Below are positions 48,900-61,107 of a DNA stretch of 64,000 nucleotides, piece after piece. The position numbers and the translations under genes were made by a program. Where the stretch lies: contig JAQFVV010000007.1 of NCBI GenBank assembly GCA_028023455.1, positions 14,694,001 through 14,758,000 of the forward strand. The letters are read 5' to 3'. The first letter of the stretch is position 1; every line of letters starts with the position of its first letter. Source of the stretch: Epiperipatus broadwayi. Lineage: Eukaryota; Animalia; Onychophora. Under the pieces are notes generated by a model that was given only the letters and a program-made list of their open reading frames with translations, was not told where the DNA came from and did not search any database.

Positions 48900-50250
48900 A
48901 TTATGTTATATAAATAAAGTAGTTTTTTGGGAGTTAAACCCGTGTTAATTCTGATTAATTCCCAATGTTGCAACGAAATAGTATTTGCCATTGGCATGAT
49001 TAACTTTTCAAAGAAAAACTGTTAGATTTCAAATAATAACAAGATTGAGTTTGAGGTAAAGAATAAGATTAATCATAAAGTAGTTAAGCATTCGGAATAT
49101 GTAGATTAACAAAATATTTATTTTCTTCAGATTTACCATTAATTGATTTCAAGTTTATATTAAAAGAAAGAGATAAAATGTGGTCTCTATAAGGCTGGTA
49201 TTCAGTGGCTTCATCAACTCAATTTAATCCAGTGGGTTTTTTTTTTATATTTCAATTGATTCCTTCTTAGTTCTCAAATCATACTTTTCCAAATTAGTAA
49301 ATATTTTAGCATTATCAAAATCAGGTTTGTGATCAATTTCTAAAATATGTGAAATAAAAATTGATATATTTAAGTTCTGATTAAAGGTATTTTTATGTTC
49401 ATTAATCCTGACATTAATTTATCTATTAGACTGGCCTACATAGTTTTTCGAGTCTTAGCAACATGGAATTTCATAAACCTCCTAATATTCCAAAAGTACT
49501 CTATCTTTAGTTTTATGGGGGAAAATCACCATATTTTTTTTCGCTAGTGAAAAAATTAGTTTTTAGTTAAAATTAGATAGTCTTCTACTGATTTTAACAT
49601 AAAGACTACTTTTTGCACTAGCAAAAAAAGATAATTTTTTTCATAAACCTGAAGACAGAGTACTTTTGGACTACCAGGGGGTTGTGAAATTCCATGCTTA
49701 CAGTGCTTGAAAATCTATGTAAGTCAGTCTAATAGTCAAATTAATGTTAGACTTAATGAATATAAAAATACCTTTAATTAGAAGTTAAATTAGCTTTTAC
49801 TTCACATTTTTTTTAGAAATTGGTCATAATCCTGATTTTGATAATATTAAGATACTTGCTAATTTGGAAAAGTATGATTTGAGAACCACGAGGGAGTTGA
49901 TTAAAATATTAAAAAGACTAAATAGTTTAAATAGAGTTGATGAAGCACAACGTATTCCAGCCTTATGGAGATTAATTATTTTATCTTTCTTTTAACATAA
50001 ACTTGAACACAATTAATAGTAAAACTGAAGAAAATAAACATTTTATTAATTCACATATTCTGAATGTTCAACTACTTCGCACTCAATCTCATTCTTGACC
50101 CCACATTCAATCAAGTTACTAATTGAGATCAAATGGTATTTCTTTGAAAAGTTAACCTTGACAATGCTGGACGCTATTTCATCCAAACATTGCGAAGTAA
50201 TCAAAAATAACACATGGTTTAACCAACAAACTATATATAAAATATAAAAA
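48900..50250. mobile_element. Giant fold-back, ~680-bp arms, 4-nt loop (49581-49584)
   Basis: Arms are colinear by eye throughout, e.g. gttctcaaatcatacttttccaaattag / ctaatttggaaaagtatgatttgagaac and taacttttcaaagaaa / tttctttgaaaagtta. Confidence 0.88.
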
Positions 50251-50383
50251 TAACCAAAAACAAAAAAATGAAGAAAAAATACAGAGAAATAGGCAAGAGA
50301 TAAAAAAGTAAAAAATATAACTCATTTCAATAAAATTAATATAAATAAAATTAAATTTAAAAAGGAACATAATTTAAAGATAT

Positions 50384-50448
50384 AGATGGATTGAACTTGG
50401 AGAGACCTTCATCCTGCAGTTGATTGATAATGGTTGATGATGATGATA
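50384..50448 (+). mobile_element. RTE-clade LINE 3' tail
   Basis: RWIELGETFILQLIDNG* followed by (TGA)n. Confidence 0.75.
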
Positions 50449-50556
50449 ATGTATTAATTAAAAAATTACACATAAAATTAATACATTATATTATTGTTAT
50501 TAATTACATTTGTAATTAAATATATAATACATATATATATATATATATAATTATAG

Positions 50557-50862
50557 AAGATTTGAACACATACTTCCAAGCTCCCTTTAGCTATTCACTT
50601 TATCTAATAAAACTGATATACATGACCACACACATGTGAAAAAGATAAATAATCTCTAATATATATATTTCCTGCAAGATCAGCATGAATTATGAATATT
50701 AGAGATCATCTATCTTTTTCACATATATGTGTTTGTGCGTGTTCAACATGAAATATGTATAATAGAAATCATTTATCTTTTCCACATGTGTATGGTCATT
50801 GTATAAGTTTTATTAGATAGAGTGGATAGCTGAAGGGAGTTTGAATGTCTATGTTCAAATCC
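50557..50862. mobile_element. Family C fold-back (left arm minus, right arm plus, with a tandem partial copy inside)
   Basis: 50557-50660 versus the reverse complement of 50763-50862. The internal pieces restart at ca(g/a)catgaa (stem II 3' strand plus GAAA) near 50691 and 50744. Confidence 0.85.
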
Positions 50863-50910
50863 CTTGTAATTACATCTAAACTCCAGATACATAAAGTATA
50901 GTTGTATTTA

Positions 50911-50915
<5 letters not shown>

Positions 50916-51002
<87 letters not shown>
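50916..51002. repeat. (TA)n microsatellite
   Basis: Direct reading. Confidence 0.97.
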
Positions 51003-51007
<5 letters not shown>

Positions 51008-51150
51008 TGTATGTTATAATTCTGATGAAGACTATTTGACTGTACAAATTATTAGTCATTAAATAATAATAAACATCAAAATTGCATTTAAAGAGCATAT
51101 ATAAAGAAAAAAGATGTTTTATTTTTTTACTTATATTATATATAGAGCTC

Positions 51151-51284
51151 GCAAAATAAGCTCTTAACAAGCCTTGCAGAATATTCCCAATCCCAGACTG
51201 GTTTCTGCTACTGGCATCATCAGTGAGGTGCTAGGATATTCAAGCATTAGATTAAAAATACCAGGGCAAGCCCAGCCCTTTATC
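51151..51284 (-). mobile_element. Family B copy
   Basis: Colinear with the left arm of the 16909-17200 palindrome, including the spacer-like 5' end gataaagggctggg. Confidence 0.88.
51191..51228 (-). ncRNA. Type I hammerhead ribozyme with intact catalytic core, family B
   Basis: ccuca-CUGAUGA-ugc-cagua-gca-GAAA-c-ca-GUC-uggga. Stem I has 4 bp, stem II 3 bp, stem III 2 bp. Predicted cleavage between 51196 and 51195. Confidence 0.8.
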
Positions 51285-51944
51285 TAATGTATAACTATTA
51301 AGTAGAAAATCTGACATTTTCAGACATCCATATGTCTTCCAATCCAGCTATCTAACTTAAATAGCCATATGGGACTGAATTAAGTTCACTTGATATTTTG
51401 TAATTTTATTTACTTATACTACTGCTGGATAATTTCTTTAACACTTTTAAATATTTCTCTTTAATGTTCAATTGTAATATAACCTTATATGTATAGACCA
51501 ATTGAATATTATTGCTACTATTATTACTAATTCTCTTAAATAGTAATGATGATACTATTTCTCAGAAGTGAATATTTCACATCTAAAACATTTTTTCACA
51601 AGCCAGACATAGTAAAACAAGATATTGAAAACTATCCATTTTAGATACGTAAAAGTTCCTAAAAAGTTTGAGTACCAAAAATGGCAGATCTTAGCTGCAA
51701 TTTATGAACCTTAAATTCCAGATTGTACCTCTTTACCATGTCACCAAACCACACAAGGCATCAGGTACAATAATTGATGAGTTGTGACAGTAACCTCTAT
51801 AAAATTAAAACTAAGCAATTCTTAATTATTTTTATTCAGAATATCTCCCAATCTAATCCAAACACAATACTTTGAATCACATTTTCATATTTATAAAAAT
51901 CTCTAATTAGGAAAGGGCATTCTAAAATATTGTGCATAACTCAC

Positions 51945-52531
51945 CATAGTAACAGTCATCTTAATAAATGCTAATAAAGGTAAAATGGCAGATAGCATGC
52001 TATTCTTCAAAACCTCCTTCAAATAGATCATATTTACAAAAATATCAGCACACTTTCATCTTTTTAAAAAAAATTTTATGCATAACAATTTTTAATAAAA
52101 TTAAGAAACAAATTTTATACAATGAGCATGTCAATATCTCTTAAAGTTTATCAGAACATTCCTATCTCCAGATTTGATTTCCTTGCAATTTAGGATCAAG
52201 AATGTTTTTATTGCATGATCATTTGGGAGAAACATAATAATTAAACAATTAGCTTACATAAGAGATCATATGATACCTGAGCAATAGAAGTGATAGGCTG
52301 AATTTTGGTCTAAAACATTTAACACTCAGAGACAATCCTATGATCACTGCACTAAATGATACAAAGCAAAAAAAGAAGTGATAGTACACAATTACTGATT
52401 TTTAGAAATTAAAAATAGATGATTTGGCTACTTTCAATCCTAAACCATACTGTTTAAAACAGAGTTTTCCAAATAACAGCCCATGAAATAAACAGTGACA
52501 GTTCACATGGCCCACCTGAATGGTTTGAATT
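51945..52531 (-). CDS. Candidate spliced exons (52531-52451, 52351-52277, 51999-51945) encoding a hydrophobic peptide; unidentified
   Basis: AG/GT sites (donors gtatgg, gtatca, gtgagt) and a phase-compatible open frame: IQTIQVGHVNCHCLFHGLLFGKLCFKH-AVIIGLSLSVKCFRPKFSLSLLLLS-MLSAILPLLAFIKMTVTM. The third acceptor is weak. Confidence 0.3.
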
Positions 52532-53244
52532 CTTTAAGTGAAATATAAAATAACAATTTGATTCAAGTGCTTGTTATATATTTTTATTTTGTAACAAATT
52601 GATAATCTTGATGCGATATTAATATCTAGTCTTTTTATTTACTCATATATTTTTCAAATATAAGATGTATCAAAAAAGTGAACTCAGACTGCTTTGATCC
52701 CCTGCACATGCATGAAGCAGTCCTGGTAAACATGCACATAATTAGGGCACAATTAATTATGTTTAGTTATAGATTGTCTGTAATTAATTGTAGAGCTGTT
52801 CATTAATTTATGGATTTTATTTATTATCTTAAATGCAGCCCTTGGATTAATTAAAATAGGATAACTTTGGTTTAAAATATAATATTCAAGTATCTTTAAT
52901 GGCAGATTAATCATGTGAGTGCTACTTAATTGACTAAGATAAGTTTTTTTTTAATGTATATTATTACTTAACTAAAAATTGATTCTATTATAAATAGCAA
53001 TGCTGCTTAAACATTCTCTTATACACACTGAATGTAATCCACTACATTTATTAGATTCTCAAATCTAATTAATAGTTTTGACTATATAACAAACTTTTTA
53101 AGAATTGCAAATTTACATAAGTACTAATGATGTTGTAATATTGCATGCATACAATTTAAATTGTCTACATATTTTATATACCCTACATTTAATATTTAAT
53201 TATATATATATAGTATTTCTACTTTAAGATAGATGTGATTAGAG

Positions 53245-53382
53245 AGGATTTGAACACAGACTTTCAAGCTCTCTGCAGTCATCCACTTCATCTTATACAA
53301 CCAATACACATAACCATATACTTACAAAAAAGTTAAATGATTTCCAATATACTTATGTCATCCTGAAGAAGGACTCATCAGA
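53245..53382 (-). mobile_element. Family C copy truncated exactly at CUGAUGA (hammerhead 53343-53381)
   Basis: CUGAUGA-guccu-ucuuc-aggau-GACA-uaagua-UA-uugga, with the stem I 5' strand missing. Confidence 0.85.
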
Positions 53383-53819
53383 GAGAAATTAAGTGCACTG
53401 TATGGTTGTTTTTGAAGTACATGATATTAAAAAAGAATTGGGATAAATTATGTAGCAGAAGTAATTTAGAAGTAAAGGGAATAATATAAAAATGTAATGA
53501 CTTTTTGTTTAAACTTATAATATCTTTGGGAAATATATGAATAGGATAATAGAACTAATAAAATGGCTTTACCAAAATCGGATAGAAGCAAAAAATAAAA
53601 TAGGTCCAGGAAAAATAATTAGATAACTTGGAGTAAGAATTATATGAACTTATTGGGATGAGTTAAGGTTTGGGAGGGAGGAAATATTTAATTTGGCTAA
53701 CACATTTTTTGGTCTTATAGCCTATGGTATATTCTTTTAATACTTTTTTTATTGTTTTAAGGGACCAGAAGAAAAAATAAAAAGGTTTTAAGTATTTTAT
53801 ATAATTTAATTGATATACA

Positions 53820-54920
53820 TGAAAACAGTAAACACCATACCAATATCAATAACAATCAAAACACTCAATTTGTTGTCAAAGCACCCTCTTTTAAACAATA
53901 AAAAATGAAAATCCATCTTTACATATAGTCCAATATATTTATGTAGACACTAAAGATTGTAACTTGACAACAATGAATGGAATTATTAATTAAACCCCAT
54001 TAAACAGGTAATTATAGTGGTTCTGAATGCAGAATAACAAATGGTCAATTATAACTTTCATACTGAGCTCCAACTATGTGTTACATACATAATAAATCTA
54101 ATAATATGTCCAAGGCTAATTATCTAAATAATATAAGTACATGAAAAAAGTCATCACTTAAACAGTACTAATATAAATAACACTCAACAATCTCAAGCTG
54201 TTGTCAGAGCAACCTTCTTTAAACAATATAGGTGGAAATCCACCTTGATATATAGTCTAACATATTTATATACACAATAAAGATTGCAAGTTGACTACAA
54301 AGAGTGAAATTATTAATTCAAAGACTTTTAAATAAACCTCATTCAACACATAAATATAACCTGTTCTGAATGCATACTAACAAATAGTCTTATATATATA
54401 GAGAGAGAGATAAATTATAACTTTTTGGGATAAAATGGCGGTTGCTATTCTGTTGAAATATCGGTGCTCAACGGAAAATAATACACAGTATATCCCCAAA
54501 AGTTATAATTTATCTGCATCATATAACCGTGAAAACATTAAGTATAATATATATATAATTGGAATGTAAATAATTAATCCTCCCATTGAACTATGTAAAT
54601 ATCCAGTTACTTCCATCCCAATTTTTTATATAGTTAAACTACATATATGTATTATTATAGGTGTATATATTGTTGTTAAAAGGAGGTTGCCTTGACAACA
54701 GTTGGAAATTGTTGATTGTTATTGACATTGGGATTGTCTAAGTGTTTACTGGCTTTTAATATATATCTATGTAATTAGGTTTATATAAACTTCTGTGAAT
54801 TTAAAAATTTTAATCTGTTACAGCCAAAGAATCAATGTTTTTGTGCATACTAATATTTTAGATCAGAGTGGCAGAGTTAAATCCATCTTTTATTTATAGA
54901 AGTTGCCTTGACAAAAGGTT
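53820..54920. repeat. Family F cluster: two tandem minus copies (~350-bp period) and inverted plus copies
   Basis: ttgttgtcaaagcaccctctttt (53870), ctgttgtcagagcaaccttcttt (54198), ggaggttgccttgacaacagttggaaattgttgattg (54682). Confidence 0.65.
54408..54515. mobile_element. 108-bp mini-MITE with 25-bp TIRs
   Basis: agataaattataactttttgggata / tatccccaaaagttataatttatct (1 mismatch), CpG-rich interior. Confidence 0.8.
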
Positions 54921-55630
54921 AAAGATTTTTAGTGATGATAAGTTTGAATATTATAATGCAGAATGAATACATATATATATATAGTATTATATATATGTAT
55001 ATAATTCATAGTATATTGTGATACTTTAGTTGATATGGTTATAGTTTTAATGATAACATAATCATATTAAAATTATATGATAAATATATAAAGAATGAAA
55101 TATATACAAAGATACAAGTTATATATGAGGCATTGAAAATGAATTAAATTTAAAATTAAAACATAGTTCAAATTTAGTTTTTAGTCATAATTAAAATAAT
55201 ATAAACAATTTTACAAAAGACTATAAATAACTTACAGCTCATCAAACATATAAAACTGATATTATAAACCTATTTATATAATCAATATTGAAAGTGTTAA
55301 CTCACAAGCCAGATGTCAAAAAATCATTTCAATGAATTTACAAATAATCTACATGTTTATATCAATGTCAATCTCTTTTTCCGATTAGTATTGATATACA
55401 TAGATAGAGTTAATGATTATTTAAGGATCTGAATAGTGAGTTATCATATTTCATATATTTGGACTCAGTTACACCATGAATAGGACTAGTAAAATTATTA
55501 TGAAAACCATACAAATTAAATAAATGTAATATGTTATATGTAAAATTAATGTAATATATACAATACAATGTATAAGAAATTTACATTGTACTAATATAAA
55601 ATTATAATAGCATAAATACTTATCAGTATT

Positions 55631-55785
55631 TTAAAAGCAAAGGATTTACATCCTGTGTATACGCAATGTAATGTTGCCATGGTAGCTCGATGAGGTTTTG
55701 TATTCTTCATACTCAACAAAACATCATTAAGCTATTAAATAATATTACAGTGCATGGGCATAGGTTGTAAATCCATCTGTTTTAA
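55631..55785. repeat. ~155-bp hairpin element
   Basis: ggatttacatcctgtgtatacgcaatgtaat / attacagtgcatgggcataggttgtaaatcc, inner tagctcgatgaggttttgt / acaaaacatcattaagcta. Confidence 0.75.
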
Positions 55786-57340
55786 ATTGCATACTAGCAC
55801 TGCACTTGTAAATATAATTGAATACTATATCATTTCTAATAGTTCCTAATATTAACATGTAGTAAATTGAGAACTTTTATGAATGTTAATACAAAAAAAG
55901 AACCATTATAGCAACATTCTAGTGTATACACATAGAGTGTAAATTCTCTTTGTTTTAAATTACATAGATCACTGCACTAATAAATAAAATTAAATATTGC
56001 CAATACTTTGTATTTACATTTCTGAGGAAGCTGTATTGAATTTTGCTAAATATGTAAAATAATGCTTAAATATTATTGCTATTTATATTACAATTATTTT
56101 AACGAAAGCAGAGAAGAGAATGAAAATAAATGACAATATTTTATAAATTGTAAAAATTGGTCCTGGAACTAGTAGTTTGGGTCCATTATTTTATCCCTTA
56201 TTTTGATATAAATCTGCAGCACTTGAAAATCTGGAAAGATTGAAAAATGATTTCATACCACATAAAATTTAAGATTAAAAGAGTATTCTTCTCTGATAGT
56301 AAAAAAGCATAAAGGAATTTAGTGATTAATTTTAGATAAATCTTAAACTACTTTATCATAATTAAATTATGTAATCTAGAAAGTTTTTTTTTTAATTACC
56401 TTCTAAGTTTCAAATCGATAAGTTTAAAAGTATCTTAGAAAAAAATTCACTCTCTTCATCATTTTCTTTTTTTTTTCTTTTGAAATTTCTGAATTTATTC
56501 ATTTCTAGCTATGTAACAAAATCTATTTTTTCTGAATCCTAAGAGAGAAATATTATCTGAACTCAAGGATAGTAGAAAGAGAAATAAGCAGGAAAAAAAC
56601 TTTCTTTAAAAAGGAACTAAAAGAGGAAGCAAAAGCATTAAACAGACCCTGACTTGAGTTTGTTATTCTCAGAGGTAGAGGTACATTAGTTCAAATTTAA
56701 AATATTGAGTTAAGATATCAAACATTTACTGTATAGTTAAACTAAGAAACGTTTCAAAAAAGAAACTTTAGCTAATTTTTGATGTTAGAAAATGAGGCTA
56801 ATTGAATTATTGTAGTTAATAATTAGTTTTGGTGCTTAATTTCAACTATGAGTTAAATAGAGCATAATAATTTTAATACCTTAAAGATATTTAAAATGTC
56901 AAGTAGGTATCACAGAATATTCAGAATAGTTTTCTTCACTCTATTCTACCGCCATCTACTGTAAATTTCAGTAATCAATGGATATTAGATAATATAATTC
57001 AGTGATGGAAAAAAATTTCAGTTATAAAAATCACATACAGTAATCTTTATACATTTTTGAATGTTCAAGAATCATAGTAAATATTATTTTAAAATTGTAT
57101 TTATAAATAAAAGAAAATACATCTATACAGCAGCCCTTCATGTCATCAAATATTGAAACACTTTTTATTATCTAATATGATAATAAAATACATGGTAAAA
57201 AAATTTTTGGCTGGTACCAATTAAAAGCTAAAAAATTTAATATTTCAGAATATCTGGCTTTTTTTATTTACCTTTAAAGTATTTACAAAGGAAATAATTT
57301 AATACTAATACATATTACACTTATATAGACTATTAATATA

Positions 57341-57920
57341 CAAGGAGGGTCCCAAAAATAACCAGAATTGTTCACTGGAGTGTGTGCCCATTGTAATATA
57401 TGCTTCTGCTATTATATAGTTTTTGCATGAACTCTTACTGCATGATATCACCATGTGAAATTGTGAATTCACAACACATATTCTATTCTAAAATGTGTTT
57501 CACATATTTGTCAATTTTTTATAATGACTGAAATGTTAGAATTAACACTGATTAATTTTTATGCAAATGGAATTTTTCTCTCAGATCTAGTTTGCAATGG
57601 TCAGACATTTTATCTGCAGGTTCTGAAACATTTACATGATGCAATGAAATGTAAACATCTTAATTTGTACAAAGAAAAGTTCAAACTCCACTACAACAAT
57701 GTCAAAAGCCTTGAGTGTGAAGCACTTTTAATTAAACTCAGCATGATCCAGCTTATCTATCAGATGCATTCATTTAATCTCACTTCATGTTTATTTTTTT
57801 TAATCTCTCAAATGCTCTCAATTTTTTTTGTGTGTGTGGACTTAGAAGTAGTAGTAGGAAATGACAGAGATGTTAAAGTGCATCACTTTGCAAGTGTTTC
57901 TGGACTACTTTGAAAAATGA
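57341..57920 (+). mobile_element. Decayed mariner (Tc1/mariner) element
   Basis: TA followed by TIR-like caaggagggtcccaaaaataaccagaatt. Encodes LINFYANGIFLSDLVCNGQTFYLQVLKHLHDAMK..KLHYNNV..FNLTSCLFFL, matching the mariner FFD..G...GQTVN..YY..VL..L..LHHDNA..SPDLAPCDFFLF region. Confidence 0.85.
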
Positions 57921-59074
57921 AAAACATATTTAGACCAGTGTATTGCATCAAAGGGATAGTAATTTGAAAGTGATTAAATATATAACACTTAAAAATAAAT
58001 AAAGTTTTTTTATTATAAAATTCCCATTATTTTTGAGTGCACTTGTGTAAACATTTAGGAGAAAATGATAGCCTAAATTGTCTTGGAAGTACAGTGTCTT
58101 TGGAAATTGCAGACACCTTATAAAAGACCGATTGTTCACTTTTGACATAGTGCTATAAAATCCCCAACTCCAGACTGATCAGCTAATGGCTTTTGCCTTT
58201 ATTAGTGAAGATAAGATTCAAAGTTGGAACTAATACACTTACGCATAAGAAGTCAGCATTATATCATCAGATAGTCATTAACTGCTCATATTTCCACTAG
58301 AGAGCTCTAGAGTAAAATAAAAATAATTACTGTATAAAGCATAAGAGTAAGCATATGAATTCATGTGACTTTGTTGGCAAAAAAGTAATTCTTAGCTATT
58401 TTAATTGTGCAAAGATTTATTAAAGTTTATGACATATCTTTATATTTGAGAGGCTGAAATATATTGTTTGAAGACAATGGAAAGCATAGTAAACAATATT
58501 TGACAAAGATTAAATATAATTGATTTATCTTAACATCTGGAAAAAGTTTTAGTATATAGTATTAATGAATACTTCCTATCCTTTTAATACAAATAAAACT
58601 AGCATTTATAATTTATATCTGGATTATAAGTTCTAACATTTAAAATGTTATAGTAAATTTAATGCCTCATTAGCTATGGAAATTTGACATTGGTGAAAAC
58701 TGCATTACACAGATTAATCTTTAGCTTTATTTATTGTGAGGGCAAAAAATAGTCATTTAACCAATCTAAATCAATATAGAATCCTTATTTTTTACCTAAA
58801 GTTGATTAGATATTTATTTATTAATTTTTGAAATTATATTATAATACAGTATTGCTTATTATGTTATTATCATTATTAACAATTAATTTCACATGAGAGT
58901 TTTTGCCTGTTTTAATAATAATTAATTTCCATTAACTTTTTGTACTAAGATAGCCAAATGATTTAGAATTTTGATATGCACCATATGGGAGAAGCAAATC
59001 TTTTCCTCAAGTTTATTAAATGTGTAACTAATAGATGTCATATGATAGTTCTTAACAAATCATTACCTATTGCA

Positions 59075-59190
59075 GTCCTATTCACATCACCAGACAAGTG
59101 TCTAGTTTACATCTTTATCAGTGAGGAGCTTTGGATCTTGGATTATATGTACTTCTCTTCTGAGAGCTATTTTTTACTCTGTCTTTTACT
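59075..59190 (-). mobile_element. Family A copy (decayed hammerhead 59088-59128)
   Basis: Reverse complement gctcctca-ctgataa-agatgtaaacta-gacac-tt-gtc-tggtg. Confidence 0.65.
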
Positions 59191-59255
59191 ATCAAGCTAT
59201 CAGTATGAAATTCAAAAACAGCCCAATGTTTTGAATCTATACCAACTTACTTACA

Positions 59256-59453
59256 TTAATGAGAAGAAGACAAAGAAAAAAAGAAGGGGATGAGGACAAG
59301 AATGAGAAGAAAAATAAAAAGAAGTCGATGGAGAGGAGGATGAGAAGAAGAAGAAAAAGAAGGAAAAAGAAAAAGAAGGAGATGAGGAGGAGGATGAGAA
59401 GAAGAATGAAAAAAAAGAAGGAGAAGGATGAGAAGAAGAAGAATGTTATGTAG
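59256..59453. repeat. Purine-rich (GAA/GAG) low-complexity tract
   Basis: Direct reading; it yields R/K/E-rich spurious ORFs. Confidence 0.9.
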
Positions 59454-60138
59454 ACCAGACACCAGTACAGTAGTCATATACTTTGGTGACTTGTTTTTTT
59501 AATAACTATAGATACCTAAATTTCTTGGATAGGGATTTATTTAAGTACTACTAACTGACATCCATTGATTACTCAAACACACACTAGGTGGCAGAGTTGG
59601 AGTGTGAGAAACTGAGTTTTTGTTAAACATATTGTATAGGCAGTAGTCGCTTAGTGTTTTGTATATAAGGTTTAAAAAAACTATAAATTATAATTTTTTA
59701 AGCTTAATAACAAATTAATAAGTTACAAAAAGTCATTACTTCTAGTGATGCCTGAATTTATTTATTATAATGTTCCAATTGTCATCATTTTCTGATAATG
59801 ACTTCGTAGTGTATGATCTGTTACTAGTTATATTACCACCAGTTATTATAATCCTAAGAATTTAAATTACTGTATATTCAATTATTAATTCATCTCCCTT
59901 CTCCTTACAAGATAAATCATTATTAATATACTGATAAATTTATTTAGATTTTGGATTTTTTGGCAGTTTAAATATTAACAAAATATGATATAGATATCTG
60001 CAGAAATTCTAACCAGAAGATAGATTCCAATTACATCCTCCAATATTCCCAATGTAGTCATAGATTTGACAGCCTTTAACTGTGTGGTGCATAGTTTGGG
60101 CTTGTCCACATTTAAATAGATCAGTGTGTGATAGATAA

Positions 60139-60228
60139 TTTTTTTCATGTGTCATAGCATCAGCCAGGAAGAGAACCCGATAACCCAGAACAACCGCTTG
60201 TAAGGCAGTTGTGCTGACCACTTGAGTC
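60139..60228 (-). mobile_element. Short tRNA-derived SINE, copy 3
   Basis: Reverse complement ctcaagtggtcagcacaactgccttacaagcggttg...gggttctcttcc...ctatgacacatgaaaaaaa. Confidence 0.75.
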
Positions 60229-60927
60229 TATTGCTAAGAAAATTTCATCATTAAAGGTGACTGAGAAAAGTCTAAATTTATGGGCTCCAGAATCATAACA
60301 CAGACCAGAATTAACAAAAAAGTGTATGCATGAGAGTAAGATCAATAAATACTCTACCCTATTCTCAAACTCTCCAGGGTATTAAATAAAAGAGGTGTTT
60401 CTCAATTTGTCTTTCTAAAAATAATTTTAAAATAACTCTTTAAATTTTGCCTGTCAGCTCATACTCCAAGTATCACTACTTAATATATAACACATTCTTA
60501 CATAAACAACCACCTATAAAATGATCAAATAGCCTTTGCTCAGAGTTCATAAGAAGTTTATGTGGCAAAAGAGCTGAAACCAGAATTGATCCAAAGACTT
60601 TACATTCCATAACCTGAAATTCTACTACTGTATGGAAACATGCAGGATAATAATATCAGTGTCTTCAAAACAATATATAGCATTTTGAAATCAGCAGAAA
60701 AGAGAAAATAACATACTTCTTTATTTGAATACTTTAAAATTAAATTAACATCAGAGAAGATACTGGGAAAGCTTCTCTGATATCAGAATTATAAAAACCA
60801 TGAATGGGAAAAAAGAAAATAGTTACAATTTTTTACCTATAAATTATACACTCTCAAATTTAATGAATGCTTTGGTTATACAAAAATCCAAGTCTAAAGA
60901 AAGAATTATAATAATGTTAATTTAGCT

Positions 60928-61107
60928 GCATATCATACCATTTCCAACTTTATTATACACTTCAACAAAACTATTTTTTATACCAAAACATTATTCTTAC
61001 AGCTTTGATTGTCCTGCAGCCATCATCAGAAACTATAAGAATAAAGTTTTAGCATAAAAGATATTATTGTTGAAGTGTATAAAAAGGTTGGAGATGGTAT
61101 GATATGT
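60928..61107. repeat. Hairpin/MITE, ~72-bp arms
   Basis: catatcataccatttccaac..tatacacttcaacaa versus ttgttgaagtgtata..gttggagatggtatgatatg. Confidence 0.8.

Noticed and set aside
51600-52531. Resemblance of the candidate exons to SLC18/VMAT or TMEM241
   Set aside because: Only scattered residue matches, needing stops and frame changes; not enough to name a gene.
56100-56260. Cadherin-like IRDKNNGP motif on the minus strand
   Set aside because: Not a proper DxNDNxP motif, and no supporting exons or donor.
59256-59477. R/K/E-rich and L/F/S-rich ORFs
   Set aside because: Low-complexity purine tract.
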